The notes under the pieces: generated by a model
What the model was told of the DNA's origin: nothing
The model's database searches: none
What the model saw: the letters and a program-made list of their open reading frames with translations, nothing else
Program-made: the position numbers and the translations under genes
In this document: positions 45,754 through 64,000 of the stretch, one piece after another
Numbering within the stretch: position 1 is the first letter of the stretch
Layout: the number at the start of each line of letters is the position of its first letter
Assembly: GCF_022539665.2 (NCBI RefSeq)
Contig: NC_081331.1
Span: forward strand, 9,176,001-9,240,000
DNA: 64,000 bases
Source: Daphnia carinata
Taxonomy: Eukaryota
Direction: 5' to 3'

Positions 45754-48595
45754 TTTTCTATGGAACCTTGAGGTAATTCACGGTAGTAGCCCCTCACGAA
45801 GTGATGCCGTAATGATTCGGTGAGATTCTTTCAAATTTGTGTTTGTTTTCAAATTCGATTTTCGAATTTCCGAAAATGATGACTTTGAATAAGTACACAA
45901 GCTGGCAACAAACCAGAAAACAGAGTAGCTCTCAAGGGAGATTCTCGTACTTCGTCAAGGTCTAAAAGCACTGTCCAGTTTCCCTCGGCTTGATGAGTTC
46001 AATTCCTTTTTTTTTTAATCCTTTCCCTTCAAGCAAAGCTTCCTCGACATGAAAAAACTCGCTACGTTTACAGAACGCAAAGCGACGCACCGGTGGGTTT
46101 GCTTTATGCAACTTGACTGACCAAGCGATAAGTCGTGACTGTAGTCGGCCAAGCAGGGAATATTTTTCTTACTTCTTCCTTCAGGCTGTAGCAGGTGCGG
46201 TTCAACGCCAGTTCTACTGGCCAGACTGACATGCTCTGAAAGGCACCACGAAAGAAAAAAAAAATACACCGATTGTATCAGCAGCTGACCATATGGCTTG
46301 GATATGACGGCTATTAACACAGCTTCTTTGATCGCAGCTAACGACGCGATTGCGAGCCTGGTATCAAGGACAAAAATCTAGCTGCGTTCGATGCTGAGGA
46401 AGAAAACGAATAGGAAAACCATCAGACTGTGGGATGCAGCAAACGGACGGTGGGAGTGAGGTCGCCAAGGAAGTGCTCTTTCCGTTTTAGACTTTAACTT
46501 TTTACCACGAGAGAAATAACACCTTACCTGTAAGGTGGTTGGCGAGCAACTACATTCAGCAAGATTCCGATATCAAGAAACAACCCCCAGCTACTTACGG
46601 CTTAAACAATGACGGAGCCCACTGTTCCCTTCAGGCAATTCAGACTTATTCCTGCCATATGGAGGAGCAGGCGGCAATCTAGTGATCTACTGACAAGTAT
46701 GCGTGATCTTTCGTTCGCATGAAACAGCGAGTGTGTTATAGTTTAACTCAAATAGACTTGAGAAAGCATTTTTTCTTTTTTTTTTTTTTTTTTATTGTCG
46801 TTCATTTGCAACTCATTACCTACTATTAAATGCTGTAGCTCTTTGGTCAGTTCGCTCTTTTAAAAATGCCTCAATTTTTTCTTTGGATGTCAAGTTAGGC
46901 CTACATACCAGTGCGGCAGACAATGCGCGATGCTATTACTTCTGTTCCCAATCGCAGGCCCATCAGGTTGAAAGCCCTGCGACAGGACGACAATAACATG
47001 AAAGCGGACAACCAATTTTTTTTTTTTTTTTACTTCTGCACAAGGATTACTTCTGAAGTGAAAACGGCCCCACGCGAAATGGCTTTTAATGCAGAGATGG
47101 ATCAAATAGTTCATAGTTTTTTAAAACCAGAAGAATAGCTTCAGTGTTTATTCACGCCAAGGTTTTGTTTTTTTCCCTATTGTGGAAAACAGGAAGCAGG
47201 CTGACAAAGGCGCAAGTCACACAAGTTATTCGCCGGTGTTGGTCATCAGCGTCGGTTTTGTATTATTATGTGCAGTACGTCAGGGAAGTTCTGTTGAAAC
47301 CACAAACTTTTTACTATTTTTCTAAGGTACAAATATACCCAAATGATTGGTTCTTGAAGCCTCCATGGGTCGCACTTAGGTGCTACCGTCCCATTTCCTC
47401 TGGCTACTTCACTTGTAGAGGGCAGAAAACTCGACAGGAAACGGAAACGGGAGTCAACTTCTTACACAGTAGTATGTGAAATATTCGGTTTGCCTCCTTT
47501 CGTTTTCCACCTATACCATTTTTATTTTCGTTTTAGGGCAAATATGTCGGGCCGACGCTATTCTATGCACAAGGCACACACACACACACAACACACTACA
47601 GCCTGTGGTGGGAAGATAGAGACCGTAGACGTCGGTCGGAAGTGGAAATGTCAACCTCTCTATTTAACCTCTCTTCCTGTCTGTGTGGTGCATCAGCTCA
47701 CACCCGCGCAATAGCCCACAGGTAGACCCATAACACGCGTATAATTTCTTTTCTACAACAAAAAAAACTAAGAATCAATGGAAGGCAGTTGAAAAACGAT
47801 TGGTTTCATACTCGTAAAATTCTGTTGAATCGCCATTCAATCAAATACGTGAATATGCAAATTCATGTCTGTATATTTACACAATGGGCTCGTTTCTAAT
47901 CTAGCACAAAGTCCATTTTCTAATGGAAAAAGAATTTTATCGCCGAACCTTGTAAATGAGAACGAAACAATTGTGGAATCGATGATGTAATTCCATCGTT
48001 CGATCGAACGCTTGGTAGAACTTTGAGACAGTCTGCTGTATGGCACGGCATTTGAATGGTTCGAAAGTTCCCATCAAAAGCGAAAGAAAAATGGTAAAAT
48101 GGTCCGATGGTTTGGTCGTGTGATATCCTTAGTGACCATTCGCACACTTAATGGTCGTGGAAGTTGTTGTTCAGAATGAAAGCGGCGACTCGACAAGAAA
48201 TGGGAAGAAACAAAATGGGAACAATATAGAGAAAACATTCTTGTTCATAAAGGCAAATTTATTGAAAACTGGAATGTAAAAATGAAAAAAAAAGACACAC
48301 ATATATATGTATATAAAAGGAAGGAGGAAAAAAGAAGAGCAGTGACCTATTTGGGAAAAGGGAAACGACGATTGTAACTTCACAAGAAAAGCAGCGGAAG
48401 TGGCCGAGCACTCCAAACAGCTGGGACTAACCGCCTAATCAGCCGGCCATTCTATCATTTCAACTGGGAACAGCCTTGAGTAGCGTAGCCAACCAACTAG
48501 CGCTATCTCACCTGTATACGCTTAATCTCTTTTCCAGCAACGTGTTCCATTCAGCTTTGCGTCACCCTTTTACCTGTCCACGTATCGGAGCCATT

Positions 48596-48618
48596 TCTCT
48601 CTCTCTCTCTCTCTCTCT
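48596..48618. repeat. (CT)n microsatellite
   Basis: About 11 CT units in the Samuel-Tao intergenic region. Confidence 0.85.
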
Positions 48619-51600
48619 CAATTCTCGCTTTTCTCTCTAACTTAAATTAAGGGGTATTTCCTCTTTAGCCGACAGTGGTCGAAGGACGGTGAGAGGATGC
48701 AGTCACAACCTGTAAGAAAAGCTGCATGAAAAGAAAATTTTCGGTGGGAAGAGAGAGGGGGGTGTGAGAAATGCAAGGTACTATGTCCAATAACTATGGG
48801 GGAAAAAGGAAGTTGGTCGACCGAACCTCGTTCACGACCCTTCATAATCGTACATTTTCTGTAACGATTGGCTTCCGTTTTCCATGCCCTAGGTAGGCGG
48901 CGCACCAACGCTCCAACGGAAACGATCCGCCATTTTGTCTCATGAACCAGTTGCGGCAGTATCCTCTCTCTTGGAAATTCGACCTGCAATCTCGGTTCAG
49001 GCAAGCAGTCCGCCTTCATTTTTGTTAAAACAATTGCGTATAGTATTTGTGTTTCTTTGCCAATGAATGCCAGCTACGTTCTAGGCGTTTACCTATCAAA
49101 TCCTCTTCAAGATATTCTGGTTCTCTGCGCGTCAAAAATTAAGCAGATTCGGGCGAGGTTAACAATAATAAGCCATAACAATGCATATGCCTGCACGTCA
49201 CTCTCTGTAATATTTAATTAAAAAACAAAATGTTGTCAACAATAAGGCTTTAATTCAAAAATTTTAAAAGGAAATTGCCCGTGATAGGCGATTCGTTTTA
49301 AATAAACCGAACCATCTCTAGGATTATAGCCATTCGTTTAGTACTATTCCTTTATTATTACTTGTTTCTTTTTTGTTTCAAATCGCATGCATGGCAAAGT
49401 CCCAGTTAGTCACTACTGTACTTGGAAACTTGCACTGCTGGTCCCGTTTTTGCAGCACTACCCCTATACTAGCCTACTCACTTATGAGACTATGGCGATC
49501 CAGCTGATGGTCATTTTCAGTCGGAGGATTGTTGTCTGTGTGCTTTTCCGTGAAACACAAGAATTTATATACCTGTAGAAAGTCTACTAAAAAAAAAAAA
49601 AAAATATTACTCCCTTAGCCGTGTAAAACCACTGATAATCCGAACTCAGAATTATTTTTGAATGTACTAATGTTGTATCTAGGGCCCATTATAAGACCTG
49701 TTGCGAAATTTTAAACGACTGCTATCGGTAGCTATACCAAAAACCGGCAAATAATTCATTAGCAGCTACTAACGCCCTAACTATACGGAATGCGACATTT
49801 CTTTCGGTATAAAATAATATTAGCTCGAAATAATTTTGGCGATTCAGAGTGTCAAATGATTACAAAACTTTCTCGGGGAATTTGAAAAACTGATGATTAT
49901 GAAGGATCAAAGGAAGATACGTGTTCAATTTGTAGTTTTCGTCTTGTTTTGCAACCACATAGGTTAGTACTAAATCATCTAGTCATTTCAAAGCCCCGCC
50001 TGCTACCCCAGTAACTATATGACCGTAAATAAAACGTTATTGAACTAGGTAGTAGATAAGCCTAGTTGATAGTCATTGCCACCATGCGTCGTTTAGTTGG
50101 CAACGTGTAATTAATTAACCATCTTTATCAATGTGAATTAGTCGATATCAATAATACTGAAGTATTGTTTAATCCAATCTATGAAAACTAGTGGGGATCA
50201 ACATGTAGCCTAGAAACCGAATAATGTCCATGGCATCTAATTTACTTGAATAGAAACTGTTGGACACTTACCGGTAAGTTCAAAATTTATGCTTAACATT
50301 TTGCTAAAATCTTACAAATTTTGAGTAAGATTCAAACTCAAAACAATAATCCTACAGCGGTTGTGGCATCCCCTTAAATTTTCTGTCTTCACCTAACCCA
50401 ATTCTAAAATCTGTGAATCCATGAAAACAAACTGAATAGCTTCAAAAATTGGCTTCAGATTATTTGTGACCACAGCAAATGATCTGTGATTATAAACACA
50501 AATAAACAGAAAACATCAAAATAATATTGTAATAACTGGTAAACACTTTTCAAGCAGCCAATTTAGCCAAACTTTATGTTATATTTTTTCCTGGTGCTGT
50601 TTTTTAGATTCTGGACAAAACAAACTAGTTGGAATTGGATATAGGATATTGTAAAGAGATGGATTGGAATAGTATATTTAAACAGTGTCTTTTTATCTTG
50701 GACAAATTGAGTATTGAAAAATAAAATTAACAACCACACTGCACTCAACCAGAACAATTTTACAGAAGAATGGCAATCGCAGTAGTTATACGCATTATAA
50801 ATTGATAACTTGACTACGTGGAAGTTATCTCCACGCTAGAAAAATGCGATGGAATTAGATGCTTTAAGTTCCAAAGGGGTTCCAATGATGTGACAGCTTG
50901 AAAGACTAGGCTCTCTACTTATATTTAAAAAGGCAAATACCCTGCCAAGGAATTTCAAGCTCATAAAGTTTCCGCTTTTGGTAACTCAAATTGAATCAGA
51001 GTATTTCCAAAATACAGTGCTAACGACACAGGCCTACCCGCATTTTCGTTTGCTTGACTGCTATTTTTGGCTATTTCTCCCGGGTTGAAGCTGGCCAATG
51101 GAAAGTCTGTTCGCAGAGGAAGCCCACATATCAGACGCAAAAGCGGTAGATCAAAAAGCAGGATTTTCGTGCGTAATGCGCCACACGAAAATCGGCTTAT
51201 GTCCTGATGAAAAAATGTTGTAACAAGATGTGCAGTAGTTCGTCATCACGTTGAACGCAACAGACAAGTTGCTTATGCAATTTGTTTTCATGCATAGCCT
51301 ACTCGAAAAGTAAAGCCTGGAACTTTGAAGTTAAAAAGTAAAGGTCCTTTATAAACAAGAGGGTCTCTAACTGGGATGGATGTCAGCGCCACCAGACTTT
51401 AGTATTGGAACTACAAGGTACTACGACACTCTGCCTAGGTTGAAGGAGTCTAATTTAAGTAAAATTTCTCTTATGTCTGCGCTGTACTTAAGGGAAGCTA
51501 TCTCTACATGATATGCCGTATTTCATGTCAGCTGTTTATAGTGATGGCAACTTTAACAGATAACAACGGACATGCTAACCAATACGGTAATATAAATGTT

Positions 51601-52777
51601 GACAGAATGAAGTTCGATACAGTTCATTACAATAAGGCTAGTGAATAGCGTTTTATTGTCTTCTCCCAACGCACTCTTATTTTATAAGTTTTTTAAGGCA
51701 TTTTTCTTATTAACAGAGCTTCGCGTTTTAATAAAAAGTGCCAAAGTCGGCGGCAAAATTTCAATGCGTCAAGGTTGTTACTTTTACTGTCAGAAGGGGG
51801 CACTTGGTAAATACCATCGAGTAAAATGAAAAGAGCTAGGGGTTGCTTCACTGCTAAAGTGCGGAAAGGACAGTGAACGTTCAGGCTTTACCTATCGAGT
51901 AGGCCATGGTTTATGCAAGGAGAATCGGATTATAGGTACTTTACTACCAACTCTCCCATGATGTATATATTAACTACTATTTTGGGGCCTAGATGGTGTT
52001 GTATTCTCAGTGTGGCCCGCAGTTTCTAGTGGAAATTATTATAGATCCGCCATTCTTCGTGTTTTTCTAACCGGAATTACCGATCCTCGATTCTCCCTAC
52101 CACTTTCTAACTCGACGTAATAGTTACCTTCTTTTTTGGTAAGTAAGTTGTATGGGTTTGCGCGTTCTTACCATCATCAACCAAATTGTTTGTTTACCTG
52201 TCTGAGGAACCCAAAGACGTGCTTGAATTGTTTTGAGGAGGGTCGCCATTTTTGCCTAGATTTGTGTTACTCGAAATTTTCTGGTGATATTAAATCGTTA
52301 GATCCTAGCCGATTCATTCGCAGCTTACACATCAATTTTTCTCCAATTTTTCAACTTTGGTCTTTGTTACGTCGTCGGAACAGTTGTGTTGCCACAGATT
52401 GAGTGACAAGCCTTTCAGGTGACTGACTTCAATACAAATCCCTGCCAGATGTATAATTCCCTTATTACCCAAAACAAAATCAAAGTCATATAACATTGTC
52501 ATCATACAAGTGCCACCAATAGGAATTTTAACTATGAACTTAATTTCAGTCTATTGACAGTTTCTGTGTTTTCGTAATTCAGTGATAGACAGGAAAAATC
52601 TTTTTCTTTAGTTTCGTTAAATCATGACTGAGGGAGAGTGTTATGTGTGATGCCTGAACACTGTGTAAAGTGTCCTAAACGAATTTTCATCTACAGTGTG
52701 TCATGGGAACTGGAGTGATGCTGTGAACTTCAATGTATTCACCTTAATAGAGGCTGTGACTCATCATCAGCCGAACT

Positions 52778-57898
<5,121 letters not shown>

Positions 57899-60800
57899 AT
57901 TGTGTGGCAATCCACTTAGGTGTTACCCGACCTCTCACCCTTGTATAGTATTTACTTTCAGCACCTCCGCACGCCATCATAGAAGTGGCATAGGAATGAT
58001 GGTCGAATCGATCCCCAGCATTAAAAGCAGGACACGAGCATGCACGCTTGCCTCCCAACAGATTGATTGATATATAGCCAATAGGTTATGGAGAGGTGAA
58101 AGGAGGTGGTGGGCAATTAGTCAACACCCTCTTCCGAATCCATCTCGGGTGAACCTGCTTTTTTTTTATTTGTAATTATCCGTATGTTCAACAGGCCATA
58201 AATCCGCATGATCCTTGAAAAACAAGACAAAGAAATAGTAACCACAATTACAAAGAAAATGTATAAAAAGACAAAAAAAAAAAAGAACAAACAAAAAGGA
58301 AAAGAAATTTAAGAAGAAAAAAACAGAAGTATATACATCAGAAGATAGACTGCTATCCATCTTGACAGTAGACCCCCATTCTCTTTCGGTTTCATCGTCC
58401 GAGACTAGTATGGTCAGGCCGATATGGTAAAGCCTCTCCAATTAGCTTATGCATCATTGCTTTTCCACCTGAAAACTTTTTGTTGCCCTAAGGCAAAATC
58501 TGTTGAGGCCCTGGATTTTTTTTTTCTTTTTCACTCCCTTTTTCATTGGGGAGGATTCATGCAAGTGGGTATGCTAGACATTAATTTGACTCGTGGTACA
58601 TATCACATTCGAACTTCACCCGTACTGTTCACGAATCTAATGACACGTTTCCCTGCTTTGTAGCAATTTGCCTGTAAAAACTTTGTTTTGGAAGTCCAGT
58701 AGCAAAAAAGCGTCGCGACCTATGACTAGTTGGCCACGAGTCCTGCTACTGCAACAAACAACAAAAGAAGGCGGTCTCGTGCATATTAGATCAAAAGTGA
58801 TGTTTCTTTCTACCCTAATCGTATTGCATTTGATTATCGCATAGTTGACTTCGTCATAAACATGCCAATACTTTACCTTTTCCTTTTCGTTGAAATCCGA
58901 AACATCCAAATTACATAGGACGATTGAATTTAGCATCTTTGAATTTCTCCCTGTTATTCAGGGTACTCCCAAACAGCCAGAGCTAACTATTAGTCATCCG
59001 TTGATGCTTAAGTTAACTTGATCCATTTCTCTAATTCATTTTGCTTTTTTTCTAACTATAGCAATTAATTTGTCCAGTTGATAGAATGCGTGATTCCGTG
59101 TATATATATCTTGTCGGCGAACAAAAGAAAGTTTCGGACACGTTACACGCTTGCAACTGGGGAAAATATTGGGATGAAAGTGGCCTAGCAAAAGAAAAAG
59201 AAAATCTCGATCTGTGAGCACGTTTTACATCAAAATGAGCGAATTGTATTTCAACAAAGGGAAAATCTTAAAACATCTCCAACGCCCTTTGTGGAAAAGT
59301 TCTTCCTTATGCCAACGTTTTCCCACGACTGTGTAATAACCACCTCGCCCCTAGCAATTGCTCTTCAGTGCTTTTCGTTTAAAAAGTTGCCTACTTCTTC
59401 GACGTCTTTGATGACTTTGAATATCGGCTCACATAACGTGCAAATTGTTCACCTCAAAAATAGGGTCAAGAGGCGACAAGAGTGTAGAATTTCTCGTCAA
59501 TGAAATATTTGGACAATTGTATGAGTTTTCCCTTTTCCGACGTATTCCGTGTATTTTTTTTTCTTTCTTTTTTATTATCATTATTTTCGTTCTATGCCCG
59601 ACTCCTTATCTCTGCCACGATTTCTCTCCTGGAATTGTTCCACTTTTAGATTTGTTTTTTTCTTTATTTTAATCCTTTGCCAGAGGAGGGCGGAGCTATT
59701 TTTGGGTTATCTCTCCCGACCTATAGGGCATCCAATACCTAAGTTCTACATAGACCCTCTTGATCCTGTCTGTTACAACAAACGCAAAGGATGAGTGTTA
59801 CCGGAACATATTCGAATACAATACACTCGTCAAATTTTATTTGGAAGCTTTTCGTTTAGTGCGTCAGAGTGCAAATCAAATAAGATTTACATGTCTGGAA
59901 TGGTCGGCAGAAAGTAATGGGTAATAACACGTCATATGGCTCTCATTTTTCAATGGCGTTGTTTGTTTGAAAATATTATATTGGTTGGCGATCCAACTGT
60001 AATGTTGTCATAATAATTTTTACTGTTTTTTTTTAGCAGAAGTGTATTAATATGAACACGATATATGCATGTATATGTAAATGATGATATGCAACATGTG
60101 ATTTTGCATATCATGCCCTATGCAGAATCACTCTAATTTTCAATTAAAAACTGCAAATTTTTACTTCAAGAAAATTTCCGCTTCCCCTTTTTAATCTTCA
60201 TTGCTTTTGCTGAGTTTTAATTCGCTTGACCGCCAATCCGATTTTTGTTCGAGAGAAGAATGTTAAAATTCTAGAGCTCAAATCGGATTTCAAAATAGTG
60301 CATCTGTATCGTTAATCGTAATCAGCTTCAGCACTTTACTTGGTGCACTGACCTGGTGGGTAAAAATATGCTGCTAACGGTGTTCCAGTAATGTAGTTTG
60401 TTATGATGATTCTTCTCGCACGTCCCAACCCTTGCAGCATTGTATCTCGTATCCAATCCCTAACCCGTCGTTATTGTAGAGATGTTACTAAGATCACTAT
60501 TTTTTTACCTTTGCAGTTTTGGCACCTCTGCAATCCTTATTGCTTTACCTATACACCTACCCCTCCTATCCCGAACGAATCTGTTCTCCCCTCTGACGCT
60601 CTTCCCTTATATCTCTATCACTACTAAACATATACAGCGCCAGTTAACAGTTAGCAAGTCAACGTGGTCAGTGCATCTCTTTATTCTACGCTCTCCCATT
60701 TGATCGGTTCCTTTTATTAATCAATTAACGTTAGTGATTACAATTGGATACAATTGTTCTCTAGCTTCGCCTCATCAGTCTTCGTCTTGGCTCGGAACAA

Positions 60801-61424
60801 TCCTTGAAACCATTATTTTTTCATTGTGTTGAACATGATATTGTTTGATGTAACCGATTTAAATGATTAATTTTACCACATATTCATTTTTAAATTTTTT
60901 TATTATACCGAATCGTTTTCCCAGCTAATGTCTCCAGGCATCCATTCCTGCCTTTATTTCAATCCTAATCAAAATTAACCCTGTTCTGACAGACTACCCG
61001 CATTCTTCCAAAGACAAAACAACCTCCGCAACACTCTCCCCTACATAAACAAGACGATAGAATCACCAAAGCTGCGTTTTGTGCAGATTGATACTCTAAT
61101 CGTCTCGGTTTGTCCCCCATAACGTGAAAAATGTAGGGAGTAGAGAAGACGACGGCGGTAAAACGCAAGTTATACCGCTTCATTCCACTGCCATACATTT
61201 TTAATGGTTACAGAGAACACTAGTTGAAGAGAGAGCATCACTATGGATGCCTTGCTTTTTGGAAAACGGTACGTCTGAACGGAGCAATTTGATTATTTCT
61301 GAAATTTGAAACAAGAATGTAGCCAGGATTGCATTAGCCAGGAACAAAGCAAAATCATTCAATGAGAAAAGAGTCGGATTTTTTTGGAAAAAAAAAGATA
61401 TTATTTTGGAGTCACATTTTCATC

Positions 61425-63782
61425 CTACTTTCGCAGGTCTTGACGCTTTTTAAGAAGATTTTGGGCCCTTTCTTTGAGATTATTAGCTTTTTGACTCAAT
61501 GACTTTTCAGCATTTTGCATCAGCTTAATAACAGCGTTGTTTTGCGAGACTTTAGGCTTACGAAATTCACTCTTCTTTAGCCATCGTTTGAACTTAGACT
61601 CTTTCTTCTTCTTGGTAATATCCGTGTCCTTTTGTGTGATGTCCGTACTGCCCATCTCGTCAATCTTCTCTGCTCCAACGATGCTACCGCCTTCCGTTGC
61701 GCCTTCCCGTAAAGCAGTGAGGGCCTCAGAGAGCGCGTCCGCTTGCTCTTCAGCCGCCTGTATTGCTGTACGGTTGGCCTGGATTACAGCCTCGTTCTTT
61801 TCTGTAGCTAGCCGGTATTGCATCATCAGATCTTGTATAGTTCTTTGAGCCTCTTCTTCCGCCTGTTGCATCACTGCAATCGTCGTCGTAAAGTTCTGGT
61901 TTTCAGCCTCAAGAACTTGTAGTTTTGTTTGTAATTCCTGCATTTCTGCACATGGTTGGTGGCTAACATCGACATCGGATTCCGATTGGGATGATGGGCG
62001 TCGAGCAGAACTTTCTGGGATGCTTAAATCTGTCTGCGTTTCCAGTAGTCCGTTGGTTCTGACTAAGTCTGGTGTATGTTGGTCAAAAAGGGAGGCAGCT
62101 TTGCAGCTGTTCATCATCCTCTCGCTTTCTGTGCGCAGACCTTCAAGCTCTTTACGGAGTTCGATGGTCTCGTGTTCTTTCGCAGCGGTCGTTTCACGCA
62201 AATTGTTCAGGACCTTATTAGCTATCTCAAGGTCAGTCTTTACCAGGCTATTTTTCTCTAACAATCGGTGATTTTCTGTCTGTAGCCGACCTAATTTCTT
62301 CTTTAAGTCTTCGTTGCTTTCGGTCAGTTTTAGCTCGCTTGATCGCCAATCAGATTTTCGTTTACGAACGGAGGCGTTCAGCCTTTCCATGTCGATTTTG
62401 ATTTCTTCGTTTTGTTTGCCTAGTTGATCACAGAGCGTTTTGACTTCTGCAAGCTCATGGCGTAGTTCGTCATCCGCAAGTGTCTTCTCATGCATGATCT
62501 TACTGGCTAACTCTAAATCAGATTTTAGCGAAGCTATAGTTGAGAGGTGTTCTTCAACCAAAGATCTCTCTTGATCTGCAGCTCGTTCGGCCGCTTGCTT
62601 TGCATCCAGGATCTTGCGATTTTTTGAATACAAAGAATTCAGCCTTGTTTTCAAATTCTCCTTGTCATCCATCAGCTTTAACTCCGTTTCCCGCAAAGAA
62701 GCAACCTGTTGTTTAAGACTTTCATTTTCCTCGCGGACGGAAGATTCTTCTTGTTGCTTACTTTTCAAATCGTATAACTCGGCCTTCACCTCATCCAGAT
62801 GATATAGTTTTATGCTGAGTGTTTCGATCGCTAAATCTAGAGTTGATTTGAGCGATCGGTTATCGTCAGTGAGGCGCTTAAGTTCGGCGGTTTTTAAGTC
62901 AAGATCGTTCTGGTATTCTCCTTGCAAAGCCACCAGTTTCGTCGTTAAATCTACATTCTCCTTAATTAGGTCAAATTTAACTGATTCACAATCCGATTGC
63001 CATTTCATGGCAGTCGCGCGCAAAGATAATCGATTCTCTGTTGCTCTATTATTGACAAGAGGTGAACATTTCAATGTGCTATGATCACTTTGTTGCGCAT
63101 CAGGTTGTTGGTTTCGTTGCTGGTAAATACCAACTGGCGTGCTTTGGAGAACCTCATTAGTGGTTTGCAGGTTAGAATCAAGAATTTGCGTTTCAGTTTG
63201 TTCAAATAGTGAAAGCTTACAAAGAAGGTTCTTATTTTCGCTCTCCGCGGCCTCTAAGCTTCTTTGCAGGTCACTAATCTCATTCTGAAGCTGTGTTTCG
63301 ATGAGTTGACGTTGCTGTTCCTGCTCAAATACACTAGTCCGCATTGAAGCTACTTCTTGTTTGAGTTCTTCATTTTCGTACTGCATCTCCTCCAGGCTCG
63401 TTACGATGAAACTTAATTGTTGAAATTTTTGCTGGAAATTGAAAATCTCTTTACGCATTTCTCCGTGTTCTTCTTCGAGCATTTCAACATAGTTTTCGAT
63501 TCCGTTATCGGTCGCCATGGAATGATGGAGTTTCATGTTTTCAGGATTGTTACATGAAGGAGGACAATCTGAAACAGGTTGGCTTTCTGGTTGAGAGACT
63601 ATGGATATTTCCTGGTTGTGTCCGGGTAACCCTTCTCGTTCTGGTACTTGGGTTATTGTGGTTACACATCCCGATTCGTTTTCTGGTGTGTGATCTAGGT
63701 AGCATTGGTTGATCCCGCAATACATGAAAGCATGCAACATCCAAAAAAGAAATCCGACAACTCCAGCAATTACGTCGCACAT
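61425..63782 (-). CDS. Single-exon coiled-coil protein with an N-terminal hydrophobic segment, ~785 aa, function unknown
   Basis: Uninterrupted 2.4-kb ORF. The likely ATG at 63782 gives MCDVIAGVVGFLFWMLHAFMYC, followed by E/K/L/Q-rich heptads and a basic C-terminal tail. Confidence 0.75.
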   Translation of the reverse strand: MCDVIAGVVGFLFWMLHAFMYCGINQCYLDHTPENESGCVTTITQVPEREGLPGHNQEISIVSQPESQPVSDCPPSCNNPENMKLHHSMATDNGIENYVEMLEEEHGEMRKEIFNFQQKFQQLSFIVTSLEEMQYENEELKQEVASMRTSVFEQEQQRQLIETQLQNEISDLQRSLEAAESENKNLLCKLSLFEQTETQILDSNLQTTNEVLQSTPVGIYQQRNQQPDAQQSDHSTLKCSPLVNNRATENRLSLRATAMKWQSDCESVKFDLIKENVDLTTKLVALQGEYQNDLDLKTAELKRLTDDNRSLKSTLDLAIETLSIKLYHLDEVKAELYDLKSKQQEESSVREENESLKQQVASLRETELKLMDDKENLKTRLNSLYSKNRKILDAKQAAERAADQERSLVEEHLSTIASLKSDLELASKIMHEKTLADDELRHELAEVKTLCDQLGKQNEEIKIDMERLNASVRKRKSDWRSSELKLTESNEDLKKKLGRLQTENHRLLEKNSLVKTDLEIANKVLNNLRETTAAKEHETIELRKELEGLRTESERMMNSCKAASLFDQHTPDLVRTNGLLETQTDLSIPESSARRPSSQSESDVDVSHQPCAEMQELQTKLQVLEAENQNFTTTIAVMQQAEEEAQRTIQDLMMQYRLATEKNEAVIQANRTAIQAAEEQADALSEALTALREGATEGGSIVGAEKIDEMGSTDITQKDTDITKKKKESKFKRWLKKSEFRKPKVSQNNAVIKLMQNAEKSLSQKANNLKERAQNLLKKRQDLRK

Positions 63783-64000
63783 TTTTGAATTAGTAACTGT
63801 AAACTGAAATGAATATCGATAAACAGAATAACCTAAGCGCCTGTTTATGCTTTTAGGAAAATTTTGGTAAACTCTCACCTCAACTAAGGGCTTATTTTTC
63901 GTACTTAGTTAATATTTGTACTGTTTGTAACATATCGTGATTGTTATAAAAGGATTCTCAATATTTTTACAATCATAGTTCCTTAAAATTTATACATTCA

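Noticed and set aside
45800..52000. Scattered 60-125 aa ORFs between Samuel and Tao
   Set aside because: No recognisable motifs or consistent exon chain; probably UTR, intron or regulatory DNA.
61537..63084. Plus-strand Ser/Phe/Leu-rich ORFs
   Set aside because: Antisense shadows of the coiled-coil gene.

Overview
Eukaryotic, intron-rich arthropod DNA, most likely a Daphnia-type cladoceran (inferred from the ~60-70 bp introns and a YTTTYAAP-repeat gene family). The window has two distinct halves. (1) 1-24.2 kb is repeat-rich and decayed. It holds two minus-strand non-autonomous Helitron-like elements joined head-to-tail at 3382/3383, one carrying a ~180-bp AT-rich satellite and the other 19-bp minisatellites. 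It also holds an intron-retaining Mtr4/SKIV2L2 pseudogene interrupted by a young gag-only Ty3/Gypsy-like LTR element (268-bp LTRs, ATAT TSD, tRNA-Ala PBS), two Tyr/Thr-rich repeat pseudogenes, an innexin C-terminal fragment of non-insect type, one apparently intact CAP/antigen-5 gene, and Bystin and Dicer-1 pseudogene fragments. (2) 24.2-64 kb is gene-dense and apparently intact: a hAT MITE, ISCA1, STIL/Ana2, NRF1/erect wing, SH2B/Lnk, a gag remnant with a fold-back MITE, a Samuel-like SAM protein, Tao kinase and an intronless coiled-coil ORF. I found no clearly new biological system. The best leads are the Helitron junction, the cluster of dead RNA-metabolism gene copies, the atypical innexin fragment and a possible +1 shifty-stop in the gag-only LTR element. 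Exon boundaries were read by eye and gene identities come from remembered protein motifs, not database searches.
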